Shown piece after piece: positions 24,851 to 38,049 of a DNA stretch of 64,000 bases. Made by a program: the position numbers and the translations under genes. Origin of the DNA: Camelus ferus (Eukaryota); assembly GCF_009834535.1 (NCBI RefSeq), contig NC_045696.1, positions 45,448,001-45,512,000 on the forward strand. The letters run 5' to 3'. How positions within the stretch are numbered: the stretch's first letter is position 1; each line of letters opens with the position of its first letter. The notes under the pieces are model-generated. The model saw only the letters and a list, made by a program, of their open reading frames with translations, was not told where the DNA came from and made no database searches.

Positions 24851-26285
24851 TTGCTTTTAATACACAGAGTTTTAAAAACATAGTTGATACTTTTCAATTG
24901 TTCTGAATCTGACATGCAGTAATGACACTGCCATGGGTATAGTGCATTGCTCCCTTGCTAGAATTTAAATTTTGTAGACTTTCTCCTGCCAAGTTATTCA
25001 TTTATGAACACAACATTGTTCTTTATAGGAAAGGGATATGGCACTAACAAATACACTATAATCAAGTTCAAGGTAGTTAATTGAGCAAATTTACCATGTT
25101 AGTGGGACCATCAGCAGATGTCTACTCAACATGCCAGCTAGATGTCAGCAACAAAAAGGAGGCAGAAAGGTGAAAAAAGTCAGGAAACAAGAATTCCACT
25201 AGGTAAACGGTACCAAAATCCTTCAAGGAGATTGCTCAGGAAAGTTTCCTCATTACTTCATACACTGTTCTCCAAATAGGAGAGTACAGCATCCTTCCTT
25301 CTAGCCAGTGGAATCAGAGGGCATCTACAGTTTGGAGGCCCTTTTTGGTAAGACAGTCCTAAAAGTAAATGATAAGCAAGCTGATGTTTACCAGATTGGA
25401 TAGATGTGCATGTCAGAGTCTGCTGCTGGATGCCCTCCATGGCCATGCTGCCAGTGTTTTCATATTCTCCCAACAGCAATACATTAAAATTGAAGGAAGA
25501 AAAATCATAGTGCAATAAATGCCTGACTATTGGTCTGGAGATCTGGACCCTTGTTCTGTTTCTGACAATTAGTATCTGTGTGCCTTTGGACAAGTCACTG
25601 AAATCAGTTACCATATCCATAAAATAGATGGATCATCAAACAAGGCACAAGGTTAGTCAAGCTTTTACTGATTTTCAGTAAGTGAAGTCTGTCTTTAGTA
25701 ATGTTAATTGTTGATTTTATGCCACTTTTCTTCATTAAAGGAAGAAAGGAATTTATTCTCTTCGAGGAACAACCTCTTATTCAATTCTGTCTAATGAAAT
25801 TCAGTTTGATACAGCAAATACTGAGATTTTATTAAGTACCAGTCAATGTGGTAGGCACTAAGATAAACTCCCTTTGAAGACAAAAGCCCCTTCCTTCACA
25901 GACCTTACAGTCTAGTAGAGGAAACAAATAATTAAACATGCACTTTACAATGAAGTGTGATGAGGGTCTGACAGGTAAAGAGGGAAAATCAAAAATACTT
26001 AAGAGCCCCAAACTTTTAAAACCATATTCTCTGGAAAATCTGAAACAAATTTTCACTCTAATGAGAAAATATCTACTAATAATTTAAAGATTTTCCCAAT
26101 GGAGGGAAAAGAATATATACTTATCAGAACAAAGCTTTAATTTATAGGAAAGCCAACTAAATTTTAGGCACTGGCTAGCCCATGGGTGGGCCAGAACATT
26201 CCCAGGCTCTTGACATCACTACACTATAGGTGGTCACTTACTCTGCTTACTTGGCAGGTAGCTGATCTATCAAGGTTCTCCATGT

Positions 26286-26700
26286 TGTTGGAGGACATCA
26301 AGAGGACATGATCTCCAGTTAACCTGAGAGCTGGACCCTGGCAATCAAAGACTCCTTACTCCTCACTCCTCCCCTGTCTTTGTAAGTTCACCCACCCTTC
26401 CTACAGCTGGAGCCACTTTTCAGGATGCAGGCTTGAGAGGACAAGGTGGTGTTGAGATCATCTGGACTGAATACATGCCTGAACCCAGTTAAGACCACTA
26501 TATAGACTTTTAAGATTCTGGCAGGTGGGTGCATAGATCTACTCATCTTGCAGCAGCCCAAGACCGGCCTCAAATATAAGTTCCCTTTCTTATTAAACCT
26601 GCCACCTACCAATCTGGAGTAGCCTGCCTCTTTCTTTGGTCTCTCTTTGCCCTCTATGTATGAGGGCCAGTTCCAGATTTCACTAGGGGAAGCTCCAACA
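26286..26700 (+). repeat. Proviral 5' LTR
   Basis: tgttggagga...gctccaaca; TATA-like tatataga ~26498, attaaa ~26593; alignable to 30191-30611. Confidence 0.9.
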
Positions 26701-26702
26701 AT

Positions 26703-26720
26703 TGATCAGCCAGCCAGGAG
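26703..26720 (+). other. Primer-binding site, tRNA-Arg(ACG)-like
   Basis: TGATCAGCCAGCCAGGAG matches 15/18 of TGGCGAGCCAGCCAGGAG (complement of the tRNA-Arg-ACG 3' end), 2 nt after the LTR. Confidence 0.75.
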
Positions 26721-27099
26721 ACCGAATAAATGAGTTTTGGGAGAGAGGCATCTGAGGAGAAATCCCAGGTTGGCCATCAACTTCTGCATGTGGAAGGAGT
26801 AACTTATATGTTAGGTGCATGTGGACCAATGCATGAGTATGGGGACTCCCTGAAAAGCTGGCTGGTTTGATGCACTTGTGTGAGGAACTGTACTGCAGGA
26901 AAGAAGAGAAATGAACAGCTGCCATAGTGGGCTGGCCTCCACTGTGGGCAAGTCGGTGGCTACCGATGCACAACTAGAGAATGAAGCTTAAGTTAGAAAG
27001 TTGGAAGAAGAGCTGAGGTTAGAGAAGGACATGAAATGACAGCTGCTCCGCTAGCTCTGTGCTCCCAGAGCCTCTTAAAGGAACTGTGCATCATGGTAA

Positions 27100-28350
27100 G
27101 AGCTTCCCTTCCTATCACAGGGTAGATTGAGAATATGTCCCAATGACCCACCTCTGCCCTGGTGCAAACTCCCATGTTGACTGAGTGGCTTACTTGCAAC
27201 AGAGGAGCACCTTGTCCATCAGCCCACGTCTCTCTCTAGAAATGCAGGTGCTACTAGGCCCTGTGGAATATGTAGATCTTTCAAATGCCCTGCCTTCCCT
27301 GTTCCTGCAGAGGACCCTGAAGCCTGTAGAGAGGGAACAGGGGAAATTCCTGCTGATGCCTGCTATACAGATGGATCTATTTGGGGCAACCCAGCTACAG
27401 GAATTGCAACTGCTATCAAGCTTAACACTGACACCATCTGGATGGAAATAGGAATGAACCGCAGCGGCCTGTGCGCTCAACTCAGAGAAGTTTGGCTAAA
27501 GATTTGCTCTTGAGCCCTGGCCATTAACTCTTAGCACTGACAGTGGGCTGTTCCAAAGGGATTAGCTCTATGGCTTGAACAACGGGAAGCCAAAGGATGA
27601 GTGATGATGAATAAGCCGTTGTGGGGTCAGGATGTGTGGGAAGACACTTGGATTCATCTACAGAAGACTGAGGCCATCCTCTCTGTCTTCTGTGTCCTGG
27701 ATCGTAAGATGTTGATACCCTCTGGCAATAAGGAATTTGATGCCTTAGCTTGGGTACAAAGTCCTAGCAACTGTATTTCCAAGGATGACAGATTGCCCTT
27801 GAAATAGAGTGACTTCGTTAACACAATGACAGCATTTCCCATTTGCTCTAAACAATGGCCAAGGTTAATGTGAAAGGAGTCTGGGGCCATCCACCAGAGT
27901 TCTCAACCAGTGAGGGATTGGGAAATTGATTATACTGGCTGCTTCCTTCTGAATAAGGGTTCTAAGTATGCCTTCACTTGCATGGTTACTGCATCTGGCT
28001 TAATCCAAGCTTTCCCCTTCTGACATGCAAACCAGGCTGCCACTATTAGTGGATTAGAAAAGTGAAGTACCATGTATGGACACCCTCACTGAATAGACAG
28101 TTATTGAGGGTCACATTTCAAAAGTAAAGACTGGGCAAAAGGACCTGACATTGAATGGAGATTCCATTTCCCCTATAGCAGGGTTGGTAGAAAGAAAAAA
28201 AATGAATTATTAAAGTAGTAGATTAAATTATTAACAGGTAAAACCACCTTGGCTGGGAGGACTAAAGTACTGTCCCAGACTTTAATACATTTGAGTGACT
28301 GATCAATCATTAGGGCTGTTGCTCCATATGCCAGATTGGGGACCTTTGCC
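27100..28350 (+). pseudogene. pol: Retroviral pol remnant: RT connection, RNase H and integrase core (stops and frameshifts)
   Basis: YLQQRSTLSISP (connection); YTDGS at 27364; TDS..V.KGLALWL and KPLWGQDVWED (RNase H); DWEIDYTG...KYAFTCMVTASGLIQAFP at 27916, DS..GSHF, WRFH.PY, AGLVER (integrase). Confidence 0.88.
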
Positions 28351-28799
28351 AAGATACTCAACACCTTAAAGATACGGAAGCCTCAAGAGATAGTCATTGC
28401 CCCAACTCTCGACGTAAACCAATGCTCTACGGCTGCTGAGAACACTAAGCCCCATCGCAGCCGAGAGAGGCATTATCTACTGAAACTTGCAATGGGACAT
28501 CCCACTAGGATGAGTGAGTTACTTTGCACCCCTGGGTGAGAAGGAACTACTCAATCTTCACTGGGATCCCACTGTTCTCCTACAAGCTGGACCTGTTGAA
28601 ATGCACTGTGCCTAGAATGCAACACATACCACTGAAGAAGGAAAAGGTGAGGGTCCTGATCTGTCATTTCCAACCTGCAGTCCATCTCCTCACACCTGAC
28701 AGTGCTGCCTTCCCTGGGCAACATGTGCGGTATGTACAACCAGGTCAGATTTCTAAAACTGCAGTCATATTTACATCTAAGGAACAAGTATAATCCTTA

Positions 28800-30120
28800 T
28801 AGAAGGGGAAGACCTTCCTATACAAGACCCTCCTAAATATCTGTCTTTTTGACCTTGGTCTTCTGCTACTCCTGTGGTGTCTGGTAACGGGATGGGAACC
28901 TGATGGAAATATCTGTCTACAGTGGGCCCACGTGTGTGCCTGGTAAAGCAATCCATCCAGCTGTTGGGCACACTGAGCAGCTGCCCCTTTCTAGCTCGTC
29001 AGGACTTGATGGTGGGTATCAGCACTCCCGGGAGGAGACTGGAAGGCCCTGCAGCAGTATACTGAGGACGAACAAGGTAGGGCTAGTAGTCTTAATTTAC
29101 CTGATGTCACCAATACTGATCCAGAAACTGGCCTGAGTTTCACAGTATCAGTAACAGTGGGCGTGGGTGTTCTTTTTCTGTGAACCTACACAGGCAGCCC
29201 ATCAAACTGCTGACCTGAAGGGTCCTAAAAGTACCACCATCACAGCCACGGGTGGCTATGCTTAGACTTGGGATGGGTTCATGTGGCTCCTCCAGGGTAA
29301 CGGAGATGTGAATCCAGGCACCCCTATGACAGAACCAACCCAATTACAACAGGGATATGGGGTAGATATCACCAGAAGTGTATTCGTTATTCTGTCACAT
29401 TAAAGGATAATGACTGGTTGGGCACTGATTGGTTGCACCTCCCAGGTATGTACTGGGTAGCCCCAAATGGGAGAATGGGATCCAGTGGTCGTGTGGCCTT
29501 GGGCCACTGCACCCTAGGTTTTCCTTTGGCACAGGGGAGAATCCATCCCACAGTAACAAAAGTTGCTAACTTCCTTCCTCTCAAGGCCAGATGGGCATGT
29601 TCTGTTTTCTACTGGTAGGAACATTTGGCTGCTGTCTTTGTCCTTTCCATTGGCCTGGAGGTCATTATACCACACACAGAAGCCCTTACTAAATTCACCC
29701 AATAAACCTAAATGACAGCTGGCAAAGCCTGTCTTTACTGAACACTGAACTATCTGTAATGTGAAAAGCTGTCCCCCGAGACACAATGGCCTTGGACATC
29801 ATTTCTGCCTCACAAGGAGTCACCTGCGCCATTACCCACACAGAGTGCTATGTTCATACCTGATGAATCTGCTAATGTATCATCTTTATTGAAGACACAA
29901 GTGAACATTCTGAGTGATCCAACTCCCATTCCAGCAGTTGATCATTAATAAGTCAGTGGTTCAGATCATGGGGATCTTGGTGGAAAAAAAGCTGTTACTT
30001 ATTTTGGGAATCATCATTGTGACATGTGTGTTCTCGTGCACGTGCCTCAATTTCTGGCTGTCTCCAGTGCAGCCAGACAGCCACCTAACGAACCACCTCC
30101 ATGCTAGTGGATCCCCTCGC
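28800..30120 (+). pseudogene. env: Retroviral env remnant (SU + gamma-type TM)
   Basis: From 29762: *KAVPRDTMALDIISASQGVTCAITHTECYV, i.e. immunosuppressive domain plus CX6CC(Y); hydrophobic LLLILGIIIVTCVFSCTCL membrane span ~29990-30050; hydrophobic signal-like stretch ~28840-28885. Confidence 0.85.
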
Positions 30121-30190
30121 TGACTCCTCAGGACACACTGTAGAAGAGGGGGGACCTGTGAGATTGTAAGAGCCAGCACGAGGGATGGAG

Positions 30191-30611
30191 GGTTGGAGGA
30201 GGTCATCAAGAGAATGTGACTGATGGTTGACTTGCGAGCAGGATCTGGGGAATCAATGGCTCCTCATCCCTGCCCCTGTCCTTGGAATGTACCTTCTGCC
30301 CATCATTCCCACAGCTGGAGCCCTTTTCAAGGATGCAGCCTTGAGAGCACAAGGTGCTGTTGAGACCATCTGGACTGAAAACGTGACTGAATTCTGCTAA
30401 GGCCTCAGTATAAACTTTTATGATTCTGGTGGGCAGGTGCAGAGATTAACTTATCTTGCAGCCACCCTAGACCAGCCTTGAATGTAAGTTCTGTTGCTTA
30501 TCATACCTGCCACCAACCCACCTGCCTCTGTCTTTGGTCTCTCCTTGCCCTCCCTGTATGGGGGCCAGTTTCAAATTTCACCTGGGGAAGCTCCTGAGTT
30601 TTGAACCAATA
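30191..30611 (+). repeat. Proviral 3' LTR
   Basis: ggttggaggaggtcatcaagag...gaaccaata, about 80% identical to the 5' LTR over a 200-nt hand alignment. Confidence 0.9.
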
Positions 30612-31337
30612 CATCTTATCTCTAAGTCATCCTTTTAGCCTCAGAAATATAAATATTCGGTATTATTAGAACAAGAAAGTCCTTCAATCAGCTTGTGACT
30701 TTGCCCCCAAGCCCTGGAAGGAGGACAGCCTGTTATAAGTGATAACAATTCTTAATTTACTGTAATCTCTCCCTCAATCGGCTCTGCTGCTGCAGCCTGG
30801 TGCCCAAGCTGATAGCTCCCTTATCTGCACTAACTCAGAAAATAAAAGGTGGTAAAGTTGAATTGCTGCCAGTCTTCTTCCAGTCAATCCCGTCCACTTA
30901 AAAGGCCTGGAAGGGCCAGACCCCTATCCAGAGCATATCCAAACACAACTACAGAGCAGAAGCTTAGCGTAAGGATTTAAGGAACAGGTGTTAACGTTGG
31001 GGGTGGGGGGTGGTTAGAAACACTGATTTTTGACTTTGAGAAAGCTCACAAGCCATTAAGTACTAAGCTCTTAGCCACGCCAAAGTCAACAGCACTGTGG
31101 TATCTGTGTCAGACAAACAGAAAATTTGATAAACACTGTTTCCTGCTGAGCTGTAATTTTAACTTGTTAAACTTCTTTAGAGATGATGCTTTCTTTCTAT
31201 ATGTCACTAGACAAATCCTGAATTCACTTTATTTTTAAGTCAAGGAAATAGTTGCTTCCCATGTGGACTAAGTAATAATAGTAAACTGCACATTCTGTCT
31301 TTCCTCTTATGTTTGTTCATTTAAGAACCACTGGCTA

Positions 31338-31569
31338 GGGATAAATTGGAGTTTGAGATTTGCATATCCAACTACTATATATAAAATAGATAAGCAGTAA
31401 GTTTCTTCTGTAGAGTTCAGGGAACTATATTCAATATCTTGTAGTAACCGATAGTGAAAAAGAATATAAAAACTAATATTTATATGTATACATATGACTG
31501 AAGCATTATGCTGCACACCAGAAATTGACACAACATTGTAAACCGACTATACTTCAATTAAAAAAAAAA
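31338..31569 (+). mobile_element. Young 5'-truncated L1 3'UTR with poly(A), artiodactyl/camelid type
   Basis: gggataaattggagtttgagatttgc...cagggaactatattcaatatcttgta...cacaacattgtaaaccgactatacttcaattaaaaaaaaaa; tggcta on both flanks. Confidence 0.9.
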
Positions 31570-32169
31570 TGGCTACTCTTTCATCTTCCTCACCAAGCAC
31601 TTATGGTCTGGGTCCATGTTCTGCTTTTCCAAACACAGTTGGTCTTCATTTGACTGTAAATACAGGGGCTGTTGGCTGCAATGAAGTCCTGATATTAGCA
31701 ATTCCAGGATGAAACTGTAGATGAATCTGTATATTTTTGTCATTCTTTCTTTAGCTTTCCTTTTCTCATTAACTGAATAAGCAGGAAGGTCTGAAGAATG
31801 TAAATAGTATCCAGGCTTGGCAGCATAGAGATATGACTTATGACAGGCAAAACAGCTATTCTTTTTAACGGGTGGGTAGCGGTGAGTTGAAGACCAAGGC
31901 ATTAAGAGTAGAGTAAGAATGGGCAGGGTTAAAGAGAGACAAGGTTTTTCTTCTTCTGACTCAGTGTTCCCCTTCGACTGGTTTGTGGCACAAACCTGTC
32001 TCTGAAATATGTCACCAGGAAGTATGATGTGTATGCCAACATCAAATTAGGTTTCCTTAAGTTTCCCCCTCTTATGTCATATCTTTTTGACAAAGTTCTT
32101 CCAATTTCTAGGGTAGAAATAAATGTACAGCCTTAACCCTGGGGCTCTTGACACATGCCTTGTCTTGAA

Positions 32170-34290
32170 CTTGGCTTTTAAAAATATATATATTAAATCA
32201 CATATCTTGGAGATAGTCTTCAAGAGTACATATAGTTCTATCTCAGCTTTTTTAGGAGGACTACATAGACTTCCAATGTGGGGATCACCATTATTTATTT
32301 GACCAATTCCCTATTAAAGGACATTTAAATTACTGCCAATCTTTAATTACAAATTATGCTACAATGAATTTACCTCTATAGCTGTCACCTTCATAAGTTT
32401 ATCGGCGGGATTAATTTCTAAATATGGACTTTTGGGGGCAAAGGATCTATATATATTAAATTTTTATAGATTGTGCTAAATTTATTTCCATAGAGGTATA
32501 AAAACTTACACTCCCACCAATAGTGTAAGAGAACTTCTTTCCCCAAGTTCTTAATAAAACAGAATGTTGTTAAACTTTTTTATCTTTCCTGACTCGTAGA
32601 TGAAAAATATCTCCATGCGGTATTTAATTTGCATTTCTCTTATGAGTAGGACTGAAGATACTTTCCTGTGTTAGGAGGCTATGCCTTCTTTTCTGTGGAC
32701 TTAAGCCAGCTTTTGCTCCTTTTACTGAGTTGTTGATATAGTTTTACTTATTTGTAGGGGGTTGTTATAAATTAAGAAATTTAGCAATATTTTTTTCTAT
32801 AGTAAAAGTTATAAATAGTTTTCCTGGTTTTCACTTGTCTCTGATTTTATTTGTGGTTTTATTTTTTTCTGAAAAATAATTGTAAGTATTTAATTAAATA
32901 GATTACTTTAAATTATTTCTAGGTTTTGTTTTATACTAAGGCAGGCCTTATTTAATTAAAATCTTCCAATATTCAGTCTATTATTTTTATACTTCAATTT
33001 TTGAATGCTTACATTTTTGCTTTATCTGGAATTTATTTTATATATATTTTTCTAGATGGCTGCCTAGTTATTCCAACAGCATATAATGTATCAAGAGCCA
33101 CATTTATCATCTACTAAAGTCTCATATATAGACATCTATTTCTGTATTTTCCATTCTATTCGATTCTACTAGTCTGTTTATTTGCATACAAAGTACTACA
33201 TTGATTTTATTCTAACAGCTTTATAGCATGATCTAGTTTTCTTCTTTTCATAACTTAATTGGCTATTCCTACTTATGTATTAACTGAACTATAGAAGCAA
33301 TTTGTGTACTAAAAAACATTTTATTTTCTTTTGTATTAAGGGAAATTAGCCCTTCCAGACACTTTAAACAGAAGCCCTTGACTAGAAGAAGACTGTCATG
33401 ACATACATAAATTAACTCAGGGGGTATTAATATTTTTATGCTATTTAAGCTTCCTATTGTAGAACATTTACGAATTTCTATGTGTTAAACTACTACACGT
33501 CCTTAACTTTTATTTTCACATTGTCTTCATAGATTTTATACATTTCTGTCCAAGTTTATTCATAGATATTTTATCTTTTTGTTGCTATTGTACATAAACC
33601 TTTTATTTCAACAAATAACTTAAATGGTTGTTGCAGTATATATGACAATTATGCGATTTTGGATATCAATTTTCTTTTCACTTTACTTAATTATTTTACA
33701 GTTAAAAACAATTATTCAGTTGATTCTTTTTTCATTCAAATAAATGATCCAAATAAGTAATTCCAAATAAGTGATTTTATCTCCACTTTTCATATTTTCA
33801 TAACTACTTTTCCCCCTTTTTGCTTAACTTCATCCGCTAACAATTAGGAGAGTTAAACAGCAGTAGTGATAAATTTATGCCACTTTGCTACTGATCATAT
33901 TTGGAAGGTTTCTAATGTTTTAAATAAATAATGGATGTCAAATTTTATCAAATAACTTTTCATCATCTGTGGAAAGGGTAAATTTTCCTGACTGTATTAA
34001 TATTTTGAATTATATTAATAGATTTTAATGTCGAATCACTAGTTCAACACATTTTGCCATCATCATGTTATTATTCTTCACTTTGCTTCTGGAATCTGTT
34101 TGCTAATTTTCAGTTGGAAATTTTTGCTTGGTATTTGTATTTGTAGGTGAGTTTTGCCATTTTCTTTTGTTCTTTATTTCTTTTCTTTTTGTTTTTTGGC
34201 TCTCTCTCAAGCTTTGATATTAATGTTATTGAAGTTTCATCAAAAAAATGGGAAGATTTTCTTTTTGTTATGTGATCTAGTACACCTATA
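32170..34290 (-). mobile_element. Old L1 (L1ME-like) ORF2/3' region
   Basis: T-rich antisense L1 motifs: ttacactcccaccaatagtgtaaga, ttaatttgcatttctcttatg, aagtttattcatagatatttt, ggaatctgtttgctaatttt. Confidence 0.75.
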
Positions 34291-37200
34291 GCATTTTACT
34301 ATTTATTTTAAAATTAAGGCACTCACTCCTCGATGGGAGACACCTTAGGTTTAGCAATTTTGGTGTATTTTCACTCTTCTCAGGAAGGGATCTGAAAGAT
34401 AATGACATTGAGAATTCTAGAGACAAAGTGGGATAAAGTCTAAGAGGAATACGGAAGGTGGTGATGGCAGGCACCCTTTAGTGTCTAGTACTGCCTGCTT
34501 CTAGCCCAGCAACTGGTCCTAAGGTGAGCAGACATTATGCTCGTACAATATTCACAGAGTAGTTACATACTTTTTTTCAATGCTAAATTGAACTGTATAC
34601 TTTATAAGGTACTTAAAATACTTTTTTTATTCATTCCTTTACTTTTTTTCAACATATTGAGCATCTGACATACACTAGGAACTCTGCTAACTGCTGGGAT
34701 GCAGAAGAAAAACTTCATAAATCAACAAATGCAACACTCTCACCTAATCTGTTGATTTGAAAAGCCATACGCCATCTCTGTTACAGCCAAAGAATGGGAA
34801 TAAGAACATTTAGAGAAATGAGTAGAAAATGCCAGGCAGTGAGTGGCTTTCATCCCTGGAGACATGACTACCCAGTGCAGATGTGCATCGCAGCATTACT
34901 AATGTAGCAATTAATCTCGCAACTTCTGATTTCTCCCAAGCGCGAAAAGTAGGAGAAGCTAAGAGCAGAAGTAGGAAAATTGTCCTTTACCACAATGTAA
35001 CTGGGGCTAAGAGAAAACAAAAGAGAGAACATGTATCTTATAGGTTCCTTATATTCCTAATAGTGGAGTGTGTGTGTTTGTGTGTCTGTGTGTACACCTT
35101 ACTTTCCTATTGACTTTAACTCACACATTTGATAATGGAGTCAGGTTAAAAAGGTAAGTAGCCTAGTAGTTTATTACTCCTCTACTCAAAACTTTCTCAA
35201 TCCAGTATTTGTGGATTATTTTTTAGCTGCTCAGGAGTAGCCATCCAGTTAAAAGAACGTAATTAGCAGCATTCATTCACTTGAGTAAAAGTTTGACACA
35301 GTTTTGAAAGATAATGACACCGCTTGAGTAGTCAGAAGCGATGACGTAGGTGTATTTGGGCCATATAAATGCAGACATGCTCTTTTCAAAGACCAATGTC
35401 AAATGATTATGTAAATTCTTTTCCAGTGCAGAGAAATTCTAAAGAAGTCTGTTTGGGAGCACTGATAGTCTAGAAACCCTGGTTTATTCTTGTCCTCTTA
35501 CTTCAAACATAGACATTGTTTACTGCTTTAAAATAAATGGTATATATAATAAGCCACCTGCTATAACTTCAAGTCAAAACTGTTTTCACATAATATATCA
35601 TGATATGCTTGGAATTAAGGATTAGCCACTATGTCTGACCAATCTTTCTATGATGCAATGTTCCTTCTCATTCAAAAATTTCCATGAAGTGTGTGCATCT
35701 ACAAAAGCTAATGGTGGGATGAAATATTTTCTTTAGAAAAGCCTGCCATATGGGAAGTCCTCAGGGGACTTGGGTGATGGGAAGTGAATCTGACATACCT
35801 TTTTTCCTCAGTAAATATTTAAAGAAATACATCCTTTAAGCCTCTGAACTTGTCTCGGCCATGATTTACAAAATGAAAGAGACTTGAAGACAAATCTCTT
35901 TCCCTCAAAAGAAGGAAACTATTTGTCTGCCCTTCAACCTGGAATTACTGAGGTAACAAAATAAATTAGAGCCACATATTTTCTTCTGATTTTTCATCTA
36001 CTGTTTATCAGCATGTGGCAAACTTCAACAGGAACATAAGCACTACTGGAAATTACAAAAACTTTAAAAAACATACTCAGGTTGTGCTCCACCCTCTCAG
36101 GTACAGCACGGCTATTAACACATCAGAAGTAGTTAATTTAGAATCATTTTTAAATTTTTGGTTGATAATGTGTTCCTCTGGTGACCTTCTTATTTAAGAT
36201 ATTATTCACTTCTAAGGGAGAAATGACAATATAAACTTATTCCTGATGCATTTTCCAAAAAAAAAAAACCAGAATAACAAAGCTGTGCTTGTGACTGCCT
36301 CAAGATGTTGTTCCTCTGCGGCAGACAAGCCTCAATTCACACCTTGTCAAGACTCAGTGGTATTATCCTTATTGAATAAAAGGAACTTGAAGTACTGATA
36401 AGGGAAGGAAAAGCAGGTAGCCTTTTCTTATCGGGATATTTTTGTTAACTTGACAGATAGCAAAGGGAGGGGGTGGGCAGTATTGCAGGAAGATGCAAAG
36501 ACTCCTATGATGGTACACGCGTGGTCGGAGAGAAAACTTGTTAAAGGCATTTAAATATACAACAGTGTCTCCATTACCTCCTTCTCTGATGCAGTACCTA
36601 CAGCGTGTTAGCTACATAGAACCATCTTTATTGTTGTGAATATATAAATGCATGCTGTGTTATCAAGAAGGGATGGGGTATTACACCTAAGTGTAATTTT
36701 ATTACACATAAGTGAAATTTTATCCTTATTAGTCACTTACATTCTAAAGTTTTAGGATGCAGTTTTTTAAAAAAATTATTAAAAACTTTATTAATATCTT
36801 TATGTTACTAACCACTCTTCATGACTCAAGACCATTATGTTGGCTGACAAGTATAGCCATACCCTCATACATGATGAGACGTACTTCACTAGCAACACCA
36901 TTTGGCTTGGATTTCTTTGGTTTTGAATTTGCAAATTTCTTTTCTCTCTCTCTACTGTCCCTTCCTGTTATTACTAAATTATATGTCTACATACAAGTCA
37001 GGATCGGCTAAATGATGCTTCAGTGGGGTCAGCCACAATGATTCTCTGCTAGATTTTAAACTAGAATTGTTTCTCATTCATCTGTGAATGAGCATGGTCT
37101 TTGGCATACAGTAAGTTCTTACTCAACATTTGCAGGAAAAAAAATATAAAAGATGACCCTACAATTTCCAGAGTTCAGTTTGAGTCTGATGTTATACATG

Positions 37201-38049
37201 ACATATTATGCCTATTACTGATTTAATTTCCACAACATCCTGCAAGATAGATGTGATTCTTTACACGATACAAAACAGGAAATTGAATCTCATGGAGATT
37301 AACTGACTTCCCTCCATTCCCCAGTAATAAGAATTAACGTGGAGATTTGAACTTGGGTCTATCTGGATCCAAAGTAAATGCCATGTGTTTGCTAGTTCCA
37401 TAGTCCCACAACATGTCTTCCCTTCCATTTAAATGCACCTCATCTGCTATTATCAGAGGAAACAGACAACCTATGAAAACATGAGCACCTCATTTTATAT
37501 TCTGCTTATCTTCTAGCTCTCAGCTATAGTCTACATAGTAGGAATTTATAAATATATATATTTTAGCATTCTTCAAGTATGGCCCAAATCATATGTACAC
37601 TGATAAAATTAATTCTATGTCTAACACATAAATAGTATTTGAAGGTTATGCAAAAGTACAAATATGGCTGCATTAAGGAAACTCAAAATCTCTATAAAAA
37701 TGAAAATATTTTGATTACTGTTAACCATTTCCCTTTATATTTGTTTTGGTTTATAAAGTCTGATTTATACTGAATATTTTCAGACATACGTTTCTGCACA
37801 CATAGACAAGTATCAACTATGTTGCTAATTAGGAATGGTCTTTAAAAACAATGTCCCTTATTTATTTATGAAACATTTTTATGATAAGGCTGATTTATTA
37901 TTCATAGAATTCAATGCAGTCAAGCAGGGGATTCCAAAATCTATACACAGAATCTCAAGTCCTTGTAAACAGGTCTATGACATTTGCAGCGTACGCACAG
38001 ATGTTTAGCACTAGGCTATACCTGGGAAAGAAATAAAAATTTCAGTAGC

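Larger units (their letters stand above)
26286..30611 (+). mobile_element. Internally deleted endogenous retrovirus (class III/ERV-S-like pol, gamma-type env), decayed
   Basis: Two homologous LTRs, PBS, gag/pol/env relics, purine-rich PPT at ~30180-30190, 5-bp TSD catgt (26281-26285) / catct (30612-30616). Confidence 0.92.

Noticed and set aside
28800..30120. Domesticated syncytin-like env
   Set aside because: Multiple stops and frameshifts, and degraded ISD and CX6CC; no long env ORF
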